The position numbers were made by a program, and so were the translations under genes. Of a stretch of 64,000 nt of DNA, positions 51,001 through 62,957 are shown one piece after another. The notes under the pieces are model-generated. The model was not told the DNA's origin. It did no database searches and was given only the letters and a program-made list of their open reading frames with translations. The DNA is from Phoronis australis (lineage: Eukaryota > Animalia > Phoronida): NCBI GenBank assembly GCA_002633005.1, contig NMRA01000218.1, positions 77,688-141,687 on the forward strand. The letters are read 5' to 3'. The number at the start of each line of letters is the position of its first letter. The first letter of the stretch is position 1.

Positions 51001-54000
51001 CATTGTTGATATCTGGGTGTTCTCTTGTTCCGCCGTCACTAGTTCATTCAAAACAGCAAGACCACCAGCTTTCAGGATCTCAAGTTTAACATTGTCTGGA
51101 AATACATTTATTAGCTGAATGTCAGTCTAATGACAAGTCCAAACCAGAAAAGATGATCAGAACAAAGTTATTGTGACACATATTTAAGAAAAAAATTTGA
51201 ATTTCATCAAATGCTTACGATAATCAAGACGTTTTATTCACTTCACAGCTGCAGTAGTGGAAAATTATAATTCTGCCCCTACCTCTCATACACAAAAAAA
51301 CATAAGCCTAACCTGCTACGGAACCTTACCAGAAGTCATCGCCATGTTGAGCAAGACGGCACTAGCCCAGAACTGCAGATCGGGCTCACCAGAAGCGGCG
51401 TATATACTGACTGTGTTGAGGATTCCTTGACGAGTCACGTCCAGCAGTCGGTGTTCTGAATGGAATAAGCCATCAATGGTAGACTACATATCAAAGAGTT
51501 GACACTGAAGGGCATTTGTTCTTACCTACTTCTTAAAAATGCAAATTCTAAACCATGTGACTTATGCCAACAAAGTACTAACACTTCTAGAACTGCATTG
51601 ATTTGTTTCAACAACAGGTGACAGAAATCAACAACAGGTGGTCTAAGAAATCAACAGAATATTTTTGAGATCAGCTTCATGGGGCAAATTAACCCATTTC
51701 ACAATTTCTATGAGTAGGCAGGTAATAAGAAGAATGGTCCTTTTTAAAAAGTGTTTTTCACAGACAACCTGGCACACTGGTGACTTCACTAAGGCCCTGT
51801 ATTAAAATATTTTGGAAAAATAATGAAAAATAAATTATGTAACTATGAATACGGTGAAAGAATAGCAACCTCAGTCTCCAACACTTAGACTGCTAATGTG
51901 TGAAGCGTCAAGTATTGAATTAAACTCTCCCTTCCAAGCAGGTGATCACACATCTCTCAATTTGAATGCAGTGAATAGAAATACATTATAGGCATTGTAC
52001 TCAAGCCTAACCAACAGCGGAGAACATTATTAGAGTTTCTGATTTTTCACCACAAAAACGTAGACTTGTTTCACCAAACTTGTGATTTTGAACAGAATTA
52101 ACACATTTTGGAAAAAAAATTACGATTCTATTATTTTTGGATTTTAATTATGAAAGATTAAAAATATAACTAATAAAATTGATCATTCTGACCAAAAATG
52201 GGTTGTTGATGATTTTGCAGCTGACATGCTTAAATAGTTGTTCATTCTTTCTGAAGGTGTCGCTATTCTGTTTTCGGTTTTGAGAAACAATGAACATGGT
52301 ATGCTGCAAGTTATTGGTGAAACAAAGCTGTGGGTAGCATAATTCAGCAGTAAAAATAAGGCTGTATTTATGGTATTTTACTAATTTACAAATCACAAAA
52401 AACAGAACTTGATGTTTGGAAAAACACATTTTCCCTGTTTTTGAAAATAGAAAATCAGGGCCTCTACCTTTTAAATTTCGCACAATGCAAGATCTTTTGG
52501 ATCCAAATTAATTGTAGATGGAATATGGATTTAAAACTTAAAACAATTTCCATGATTGCAATACTGTATAAGAATTTATGTCTTTACCGTTACTGGCAAA
52601 ACAACTCAGAGTTTCCGCTAGTATCCGCTGTCCTGGCCCATTCAGAGACTTCGTCAGGTTTACAAGTGCTTGGACAAGGTTAGGGCAAGCATTCAGCAAC
52701 TTACTGACAGCTGATTTACCTGATGGTACAAGACGTTACAATAAATCAGAATTGGTTTCCAAATGTTATGATTTTATGCATTATGCAGTGTCCCAGTATT
52801 ATAAAGCGATTTCTTCAACTATTTAGCAAAACATATGGCAGACAAGTGAAATTTTGATTCGTTAAATTTATCAACAAAAATAAATTTTAAGAAACTTCTT
52901 GTCTATTATTACCTTGGTTTGCAGTTTTCAGATGTCATACAACAACATTTGATGAAGCTTCTGTGATTTGCGGCAAAGAGATCAGGTTTTGAAAAACAGA
53001 AAGTAATTTGGTGATTATTTTTGTGCAGAAAGTGATGAATATTACTTTTTAGCTTATAACACACTACGTGATGAAGACAGACGGTCTACACAAGTACCAC
53101 CTGGTACACCATGACACATGGATAATCTGACCACAAAGGCCAGATTCTACATTCTTCATTGAAATGGCTGGCTAAGTGACACCAAGATTTACCCAACATG
53201 GCTACATCATGAGTGAGGACCAAAGCCCAGTGGACCACTTCCTTGTCGCTACTCGCCAGACAGACCGGTAGTCGACCAATTAGATCTTTGGCTTCAGTCA
53301 ATTCGGCCTTGAATCCATCTGGAAATAGCAAGATTTGATTTGAAAGCCTACATAAATAGCTTTCAATGTCCTAATATATAATATTCTTGATAAGAATATT
53401 GTTCCCAGCTATTGATGTTCAGGTTGACTTTCATATTTTGTCTTTCAGCAAAACAATTTCCTTTGTCTTTGTCCATGACCACATCTTCTAAAAATGAGCT
53501 ACTTGAATTTGGTCATCTTTAACATCAATTAATTCACTTTACACATACAATTTCAAAGTTAATATAACCAAAGATGTATCCGGTAAGATTTGTATCTTGT
53601 TAGTTTGGTGATATCACACAAGACATCGCTAGTGTAACACAAGATGTTACCACAGCACACTGGCATAATGTCTGTCGCTAAAAGAGATTAAATGGCTACA
53701 ACGGAATGTCTAATTATAAGAAAAATCAGTATTAATGACATAAAATTATGAAATACACTTCAGGACAGAGAGAGGCTTACCATTCTGTAATCCCAGAAAG
53801 CACAGCAACCTGAGAATAAGACGCTGTTGATTGGCCTCAGAACACGTGAGGTTCTTACTCAACGACCTCATCAAGCCAGGTACACTAAGGATCTCCTCCT
53901 TACTCACTTCTGAAAACACAAGAAAACTATGAAATATAAAGCCAGGTCTAGATACCGAGTGACTCAAGCATACTCATACAGGACAAGAGTTGCTCTGGGA

Positions 54001-57000
54001 TGAGTAAATGCACAAGGTTAATGGCCGAGTGTGGCCATAACTCATACACCTGCCAGAAGATAGCACTCTGAGCTGACATCGTTCTCAGTCAATGCGCAGT
54101 TTGACCGGATAACAGGATGGTGCTTTCTTAAAGTCAAGTAGCCTCAGTGATACCTAATAAAGTTGTCAGGTGTCCATTATTCTATTGCTAGACTATTAAT
54201 GGCAAATACCTTCCGAGGGAGAACCTTGGCCACATTAACAAAATCAATTTGGACTCGGTGCCAGTTAGAGACATATCTTAATTAGAGAGAAGAGCTTCCC
54301 CTAAGGACCTGGATTCTGCATCAAGAAGAAATTTGCTTAATAAAAATATACAAATCTCTTAATAATCTACATTACAATTATCTCCACCAGCAATAGCCTC
54401 AATAACAAAAGAAAAACAAATTTCAAAAAAGACGAACAGATAAAATTGACAAATCCATCACATTTCAGTAATGACCAAAGTAGTAATCTCATTCATCAAT
54501 ATCTCGGAGAGATCATCTCACCATTAACAGCAAATTCATGGAGTAAAGCCACAGCCCAGTAGACACACTCTGGCTCCTCACACTTGAGACAGACAGCAGT
54601 TGGAATGATAACACTCTCACTTGCCATAGAGGTCAGCACTTCCTTAGAGTCTGAAAGAGATTACGTGCATACAGTGAAAAAATAGAAAGCCTACAGAACA
54701 GTTCATTAGTGAAAGTTACAATAATATTCTAGGTCATATTTCAAACTATCCAGACATTTGCAATTATGCTTGGCAGCCTAGAAAGGGGAATTACTGTTCC
54801 AGTAAAAAAATTACTTGTTTCATGTTTTTGCAAGCATCACATAGTATTTTTCCACATGATTACACCTCGTAACTGTGTTATAGGCCAGTTATGTTTGAAC
54901 AGTACTCCGCCTACTTTTGTCAAGTGTTTTTAATTACAATTTGAACATTGGGTCGTGTAAACATAATTTTAAGATGACCTTAAATATCTCAAATCGTTTT
55001 GATTAGCCTTCAAACCCATTTGGACAAATGGTGAAATAAACTTACCAGCGACACCTGTAGTTGTTGTTGCAAAAATGACTAACATCTGCAGACCAACCCT
55101 CTGCAGTATGGGGTCTCCTTGATGCGTGATGACAGTACGGGACACCAGGGGGACAGCACCATGGGAAACAAGGGAGTCTCGCAAGTCTTCTGCAATAGCA
55201 AACAAGATGAAGCATAAACAACTCATGATCATTACCATCCTCATTATCTCTACTACAACGGCATTTAGTCAGCACGTGGCTGACAAAAATGTTTCATAAC
55301 AAAATGGCGAGTGCTAATCAAAATTTGATGAAACACATTTTAGTGAACATGGCTTCCACGTAAACCTGAGTTTGGTGTAGGTAGGCCCAAAGTTGAAGAC
55401 TGAAAACAGAGCTTGTGGACAAAACACACAGAATATAGTTCACTAGAGAGCCTATAAAAGAACCTACAACAACTAACAAGAAATTGTAAGTTTTAACAAA
55501 ATTTTATTTTATTATCATCTGACACTTAATCGTGCATTAAATTTCTAATCAAAACTTTAGTATTAGAGAATAACAACGTGAAACATGCAGCACAATAAAG
55601 TTCATTCAGTTAACTCATTTGATAAAATATAATGTCTTCTTTCAGATATGGAAAAATATGTAATCTCTAGAACTCTGCAGGATTGTGCACATACTGTGGA
55701 GAGCCAGCTGGTGAGTGGTGAACAGGGAGTATCTCATGATTTCCCTGTTTGTAGATTCCTTCAACAGTAGCAGCAAACAGGGGACAAAATTGGGAACATC
55801 TTTGCAAAGAATTTCCTTGGGTTGATCTAGAGAATGAATCAAATAGCAATGACTTTCACAGGAGCAACACAGATGACTGAATTGGAACATAACAGTGTAA
55901 GAACATGTTACGGCATGAAAGATGGAAGTGATAGAGACCTACAACAAAATATTATACAGCAAAACCACAGAAAATCAAAGTGTTGACAATAAACTTAAAG
56001 CACTGTATTATTCAGGTTTAGTTGACCATTATGTCTTAAAAAAAATAATTGCAGGCGGTCTGATACACGTTGCACCAGACGTGTGCAGGCCTCACATGTG
56101 GGCCCATTGCACTGATCACCTGGAAATATTTTTATGCTTTATTGATATATGGTTAAAACCGAGCTGAGGAGCTAGAAACCTAGCTCAAGGGTTTAGCAGT
56201 GTGACCTGGTGGGACTTGAACCCACGACCGTGAGTAAAGAAAGCGGGCACTTATCAACCAGGCCACACTGCCTCCTCCATTATGTCTTAGATAATAAATT
56301 GGCTGAGCAGACATGAATAATAGCTTTCTAAGCTAATCACATACCAAAGTCACAGATCATCTCAAACACCGTACACAGCGCCATCTTCTGGATCTTTTCC
56401 CTTGTAGCGCAATCTGGTGACAGTTTGTGATAATGTTTCTCAGCATCTAGACTTTGAACTAACACAACTGCGGGTATTACAAGAAACTTGCGCATGAATT
56501 CCAGGTTTTTGATGTCAACTGAAAGCCAAATACTCAATTATTCACATATCAGTGCAAAATGATACTTCACTTTAGAACACAGTTTCTAAAAAGGAAAAAA
56601 ATATTTTTGTTGCATATGTTTATAATTTATTATAGAAATAAAAATGTTTTGTTAACTTGGAAATAATGCATTTTGAGTAACATGCATTTTTTGCAGTCAG
56701 TCGCAAATTTTAATGTACTTTTAAAAGTACCATGTACTTAAGGTCATGTAGGACCTAAGCGACAAGTCTGAACAAAATTCTAGAACTAATTAATATTTCT
56801 CAAAGTAGAATATCAGTAGTATTTGATTTTTGACATTATACCAATATGCCTTTAATTATGTCACAAGGCCATCTCAAAAGAGTTGTAAATATTTTTTAAG
56901 TATTTGTTTTCGTTTTATGCAACTTGAAAGTTTTACCATTATGAAAATCGTACAAGTCCTTTTTATTGCCAAATCCTCAATGCAAAATTGGAACATTAAA

Positions 57001-60000
57001 AACAACTCCTAGCAGCTTTTTGGAGAAAAGTGCATAAAACATAGTAGCTTAAAGTTTCATGTGAATGCAATACACCATTTTTGAGATACCATATGACGTT
57101 CCATAGTTGGTCAAAATTGGACATTTTTCTAGGAGCCAACATACTTTTAACATTAATTTCATTTATTGTTGGTGGCCTCCTCAGTGACTGAACACTGGCT
57201 TCCAAGAGAATCCAGACAGGAATAATTTATAACAAGAATTGCAACTATCTTACGTCAACTAAAAAAGCATACAATGCTAACTATAAAATAATAAAAACAT
57301 GCCGTTTAACAAATGGTTCCCTCCCCACTGCAACTCACCTGACTTGACCAGTACACACACAACTGTTATAGCCTTCATCACCTTCTCCTCATCACCACAC
57401 AGGCACCATTTGTCCAGCAAGTAGCATACAGTAGACTCTGCAACAATACACACACTGTACAAGATGAACAAATTCAAATTTCAAAGGAACTGATATTTTG
57501 TTCATTTTTCTAAGGCTGCTGACACCAAGTTCGTTCGACACAAGGTTCGTCCACTTCCGTTTGACATCATCATGTAAATTACTACAGTAATATCAGTTTG
57601 TGCAAAAAATTGTATGGGCAAACCATATTTTGGAATATTAGGCTATCCTGTCAAAGTTCAAGGCTGTGTGGAAATCACTGACATCCTGGCAATTATTTCC
57701 CTTGCACCTCCAATTTCTTGTATTGAGTTTGAAAACTTTGAACTAGTTCTGTTAGCCACTCATTGATTTGCTGAATTTCTCATTTGAGTTGAACAGATTG
57801 GTTCACAGCTATTTAGTTGTAGTTAATATGTATACACATGTGCTGACTGTTAATAAAGATTGCTTATAAACCACATTTCTTTTTATTTCATACCCCATAT
57901 TCTTCTATTATTCGAGTAAAACACACTCCCACTTCCCCACAAAATTTTGAGAACAGAAAATTTTGAACTTCAGCTATCAGCTATCTTCCGAAACACATCA
58001 CATCAGGAACACATCAGGAGTTCCTGATCACTGCTGAGTCTGTCCATATGTTTGTACTCTTGGCTGGGACTATCTGGCACAAATGGAATCTTTGTGTTTG
58101 TTAGAATGTTTGTTATACAATTTTTGCCCATTAATTCTCTGAAATGTGACACATATGCACATGGTCTTGAGTATTGCCATATAAACATTTTACAGTAGTT
58201 AGTGGGGAGTCAGTGACCTGATCATTGCAGAGTCAGCCAGACTGAGTCCACAGTGTCAATTGCTGTGTGCCAAGAGGAGTACTTTTTCAATTGTAGACGG
58301 ATTTTTAGATTTAAATTGGAGTAAATATTTGAAGAAGAATGCCCGACCGTTGTGTAGTTGGAGGCTGTGGCAATACGCCAAGGGCTGGGGTATCTTTGCA
58401 CAAGTTTCCCACTGATCCAAGACTGCGTCGCAAGTGAGAAATTACTTTGCGAAGTCCACGAGTGGAGCGTCGTCGTATCCGGTAGTATGTAGTGAACATA
58501 TTTCTATGGACAGCTTCTAGAACGACAGCCTGTGATCCGAGTATGGTTGTAAACCAGGATGAGTGAACTTTTAGAGAGTATTCGAAACGGTAATATACCA
58601 TCGCTTTCCAGAAGCTAGTGGGCCTTGAGCTAGTATTAACAACCTNTAGACAAGTGAACCGATTTATATACAAGTTACAAGTATGTGGGTTGCATGCACT
58701 AAACCTTATGATTCAATATCCTACAGGAAAAAACAGGAAGCAACTCTAAAAACTTTCACAACAATCATCTGAACTACTCTGTTGTGTTTGCCATATATGG
58801 TAATGGTCAGCTGTCTTGAGGCAATGTTTCTGTGAATGACCATTACGCAATCTTGTTTACTACACAGATCATCAAAACATGTGTGGATGCACCGGATGGG
58901 TTGGTCGCTGATTCAGCTAACAGCCAAAACAAGTTTCTATAAACAAAAACAATTGGCTAGCAAAGAAATAATATCAATAAGAAATAACACTATCAAACTA
59001 ATGTGCTAAGAATTATATATGTATCATGAATGTCACAGATTTCATGACAATTTGGGTCATTTGTTTGGATCTGGTTGGCCATCTTGGACAACAGCGGCAT
59101 AAGTTACGAGTTTAAAACCGTGCATAATTCATTTTCACCAATAATTTATGATGCAATTTAGTGAGAGAGATCTATACCTACTATTCTGAGCCACTCAGTA
59201 GCTTCCAGCCTCCAATCCTTTTCCACGCAACTTTTTATTTTTCAAATCATGCTTGTCGAATTTTAATGTAAGGAAATACCTGGTCGCCATGATAATAGTT
59301 AGGCATATCCACTTTCATATCATGTAAATTTGTCTTGTTGTTGGATAACGTTTGTAATGCTTAAATGTTCAAAAATACTGTGCATTCTAAGTTACTTAAT
59401 TTGGTAAAAGATTGGATCATTTTGACTTACACATAAACTTTACTGTACTGAGATTATTTCAGTTGTGACTTATGTACAGTAGCAGGAACCTTCAACTACC
59501 TTGAAAGTCTTTCACTGTAGAAACCAAATATATTCCGACTGAAAGCACTTGATTTTAATTTGAACTGTGGATTAAGTCATAATCGTCCTCTGGTTTGTTC
59601 TTTGATTTCCATGACTCAGTGACCAAAGCATCATAGAATTACCTTGCCGTAATGAACGGCTGAAATAATATGTTCACTAGCATCTTTAAGTAATATTTCT
59701 TGATGCCTTGGGTTTATTATTATTTCAATAGATTGACATGAATTTAAAAAACCAAGTTCAGAAGACTTCCATTTCAAATGTTCTTGTAATTCTGTCATTG
59801 AGATTGCCACCTCCACTCAAATTTCAATTATATACCTGGTTAAATTAAAAGGTGTTTCCCTTTTTACTCACTGCTGAAAATGAAAAAATGAAAACTGTAA
59901 TATTTTGTATTAGGCTTGATTATCTGTGATACACTGGTCTTTACATCTCCTTGTCGAAAAACAATTTAATTTTGCCAACAAATGGAGTTGAAAGGAATTA

Positions 60001-62957
60001 TCAAATGAAGCAAGCAAAATTTTGGAGGGTTAGCTGCTTGTAGCCATTGCAATACACAGTCTTCCTGAACTGACATCACAGACGGTTATGTAACCACATA
60101 TGCCTGTTCTCAGAATTGTCTCCACTGAAGTTCAAAAGGTCATTACTGCTATTATTTGTTTTGAAAAGCACTTGTTTTGGTGTGGAACTATGTCTTTAAG
60201 ATTAGTGAAATCGTATATTTCTCAAGCCTAGACAATCTCAACTTTGACTAAAAGCAAAGCTTAGAAAGCTTTTCAACAGATAACCAATTCTTGTATCAAC
60301 AATTCCCTAAAACACGACAATTTGCCTATTCTTGAGATTATATTATATTACATTTTTTTCAATGTTCCAAGCTCAAACACAACAAACCAAATGAGGCAAT
60401 CTCAGAGCATGACCTACTAGAACTAGTGCAGCTTATTACTGTAGACCTACATGTAAACATTTTGCAGTTAACTGCATGAATTTGACAATGCATGTGTTCT
60501 CATTTGGGTGACAAGCTAGAACAAGGTACTAGTCAGAATGATATGATTCAAGATAGGTTAAACAATGCATTTCCTAAATACAAGTGAATCTCTCAGTATC
60601 AGCCAAGAGCATGAGGGTTTTAGTAAGCTTAAAATATTAAAAAAATTTGATTGATTGTTCGATATGGCATGCAGATAAGGCAGTGGTGAATGGCCACAGT
60701 GCAGGTAAGAAATTTAATATTCAATGCATACGCCTGTATGGTTTTAGGCTGGTGAAACACAGTTCCAATTCCTTAAAATTCCGTCAGTAAAGAAAAAGGT
60801 CTGATTTGGAATGAAAATCATTTTTCAAGCTTATACCTCATACATGTATATTGTAGTGTCATACCAAAAATGATGAATTGTATCGGATGCGTGTGGCTGA
60901 CAGCGTAGCGAATGCCTACAATTTCTTGATATGCTTTGTATGGATGCAACTACAGTACAGAATTTTGAAATCAAATGAAAAAGCATTTATTTGGTGTTAC
61001 TTATTTTCATGAAAACAATGAAACATAAAATTTCTCACAGTGTGTCCAAAATTGGGTCAGATTTTACCTCACATAGTCCATAGCACAGGGTAATTGTTTA
61101 CAGACAGGCACACTATTACTATTAGTTAGAATGTAGTATCAGAGACGTTTTCCAGAAAAAAGACAAGAACGACACTAGTGTTCCGAGGACGGCATCATCT
61201 TGGACAATGGGGCCTTCAAACAGTGACTTTAGTGGAAACAGTAGTAATGTCAAGAAAATATTGTGTAACCTACTGCTGTTGATAACTCTCTCAAGCAGAA
61301 GCTGTTCAGCACTTCGTCTGAGGTTGACATTATGGGACTTGGCAAGGACAGCCAGTTGTTCAAGCTTGATTGCTGCAAAAAGAAATTATTATCAATGCTC
61401 CAACAGTAAACAAATCTGGCTCTTAAAGGTGCACTTTGCCTTGCTAAACTCACGGAGAACAATCAAATGAAGGCCTGTTGCTATCGTAATGTTTCTGGTA
61501 GGGAAAGTGTTTTATTTCCGTTACCAACGAAAACATCAAAAATATTAGCAACCCAAGAAAATGCTTCACAGTTTAATGGCGCTGGCCAATACTAAATTGC
61601 TTCAATTACGAAATCAACTTTGACAGCTAACAAGGGTGAGATGCAGCTTTAGTACATGAGCTTTGTATTTAAACTAACAAGGGTGAGATGCAGCTTTAGT
61701 ACATGAGCTTTGTATTTAAACAATGGTCATCACACCACCTGCCACATCACATGACCTAATAAGTTTGAAAAGTTTTCTGTCCTAGCGAGGACTCGAACCA
61801 GGGTCCTTATGCTAACCTTACAATTTTTATTGGATTTTTACCCATCAAAAATTCAGTTTCTCATATCAGTTATAACTTAATTTACGTATAATTTATACAG
61901 TATATTCGTACATTTAGACTCATGTACCTGTGTTTAATGCACATGAGTAAATCCAAGAAGCAAGTGAGTGGCGGTTGACGTAACTGTTGCAAAACAGTAC
62001 ATGTTGAGTGTCGATTAAGTGTTTTTAATTTAGGATTAGGTATAACTAATTGAAAAGTATTCAAAAAGAATAATTAGTTTTTAAGACATGCACATACACT
62101 GAACAGACCTGTCCCCATCAGTCTAAAATAAGTGGAAGTTAGGCAATGCATCGATGTGCGCAGATGATCGGAACTCAAATCTACGATCACTGCCACTGGC
62201 GCAGCCAGAAGTTTTCAACAATAGAGGCCATATGCAAATTTAATGGCAACTGGGGTTGGGGGAACGATCAAGGAGGGAGGCAAATGAAGAATTATAATGA
62301 GTTTCGACCTAGAAAGAAACTTTTCTGCAATGACGTCAGTGTCTCTTACTCTTAGTGCTGTCGTGAACTTGGTATTCTCTCGTTGTGTGGCGTCATGCGG
62401 TGTTGTCTTTGTTCGTCTCTGTGTGTGTGTTGTTGCATGGTGAGCCTGAGATAAGTCACGTGACTCGATGGCTACGAGTTTAAATGCTCTCTTGCGTGTG
62501 ATACCTGGGTTTCGAAAGGACATAATTGATGAAGCTGCATGTCTTGCGATCTGTTGTAGCAGATCACTGATAGATGGCAGCAGGAATAGTAATTGCCTTG
62601 AAAATTGGCTTGAAATGGGTGAGTGTATAGCCAGATGTCTAAGGAAAATCATACCACACACTTTGTTTATTTATTTAGAGTAACTTAGGTTGCATTATGT
62701 TCGACTAGTGCCTCCCTTTTTAACATATATAGTGTACTGGTAGGGAACCTATGTTCAAAGAACATCGAGATAAGCTCGTGAGCTCGACATTCACCTCTAC
62801 TCAGCTGTTGCCCTCTGTCAGTGTCAGTCGTCCACAGCTCTTGCCAGAGTTTGTTTACAAGGCGAGTCAACGTGAAAACTCCGCCAATTAAAGTCACGGC
62901 ACCAGCACATAACGCACATCTTTTGAAAAGAAGGTTGGTTTCTGTACTAGCTGACAT
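36049..62957 (-). CDS. Uncharacterised protein of about 1300 aa: N-terminal TM anchor, armadillo-like repeats, ILEI/GG-like insert and two SPRY-type domains
   Basis: Exons, 5' to 3' on the minus strand: 62957-62795, 61372-61274, 57437-57339, 56518-56345, 55826-55695, 55189-55046, 54650-54522, 53909-53781, 53318-53193, 52719-52588, 51455-51330, 51095-50967, 50311-50223, 49369-49192, 48770-48594, 47638-47541, 47077-46980, 46562-46462, 45954-45814, 45674-45423, 43925-43744, 42546-42451, 41082-40924, 40569-40455, [missing exon], 38836-38596, 37376-37226 (duplicate 36796-36646), 36251-36049. All junctions are phase-compatible except 40455 to 38836. ARM-like peptides include DLRDSLVSHGAVPLV, DNVKLEILKAGGLAVL and QFWASAVLLNMAM. 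SPRY1: VRNDSWTFESIR..GWYYEVTLKSGGVIQIGWAT..GVGDDSNSCAFDG..WAEGDVVSCL. SPRY2: YYEINL..TFGCGL..VFFTIDGRPL..INFGDGYFMYRRAN. Confidence 0.88.
36370..37528. repeat. About 580-bp direct duplication (36370-36948 / 36950-37528) across gap N36949, containing one coding exon
   Basis: The copies differ by only a handful of intronic SNPs, and the N sits exactly at the junction. Confidence 0.9.
39544..40196. repeat. About 183-bp direct repeat (39544-39726 / 40014-40196, period about 470 bp) next to gap N39543
   Basis: tttattgcccatcttaccagag...catatgtcgatcataaa occurs twice, nearly identical. It could be a satellite unit or a small terminal-repeat element. Confidence 0.8.
41376..41749. mobile_element. About 370-bp GC-rich MITE (family C)
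   Basis: Left end tatacccccatcacaccggaggtgcggtgtcactgc matches the reverse complement of the right end gtagtggcaccgcgcctctggtgtggtgggagtata. TA-containing flanks. Confidence 0.8.
42801..42889 (+). mobile_element. PIF/Harbinger-type MITE, family A, copy 4 (right end only, cut by gap N42800)
   Basis: Matches the last 89 or so bases of copies 1-3, ending ctggaacagccc followed by TCA. Confidence 0.85.
47720..48159. mobile_element. About 440-bp MITE with TA ends (Tc1/mariner-Tigger-like)
   Basis: Left end tactcccgggattttcagtagataagccca matches the reverse complement of the right end tgggcttatctacggaaaaccttggta. Internal repeated aataaa(t/c)gcc motifs. Confidence 0.7.
56039..56276 (-). mobile_element. 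tRNA-derived SINE with 13-bp target-site duplication
   Basis: Minus-strand head ggaggcagtgTGGCCTGGTTGAtaag...gtGGGTTCAAGTCCcaccagg contains Pol III A and B boxes and the element has a T-rich 3' end. ccattatgtctta is duplicated at 56026-56038 and 56277-56289. Confidence 0.85.
58339..58612 (+). pseudogene. Decayed THAP zinc-finger ORF (P-element-like transposase or THAP gene remnant)
   Basis: MPDRCVVGGCGNTPRAGVSLHKFPTDPRLRRK* (TGA at the conserved Trp), then after a frameshift ...YPVVCSEHISMDSF*, and later ..GNIPSL resembling the AVPTIF box. Matches the THAP C2CH pattern. Confidence 0.75.
61627..61720. repeat. Perfect 47-bp tandem duplication
   Basis: ctaacaagggtgagatgcagctttagtacatgagctttgtatttaaa occurs twice in succession. 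Confidence 0.95.

Noticed and set aside
58003-58073. Possible alternative terminal exon (SPSQEYKHMDRLSSDQELLMCS*) of the minus-strand gene
   Set aside because: Phase-compatible and followed by an AATAAA, but the acceptor is weak and nothing else supports it without RNA data.
59643-59835. Exon-like block with acceptor and donor on the minus strand
   Set aside because: Stop codons in all three frames just after the acceptor, and it is not required for the gene model.
62215-62683. 148-aa and 71-aa ORFs in intron 1 of the minus-strand gene
   Set aside because: No recognisable domains or splice support; overlapping antisense ORFs in low-complexity sequence.
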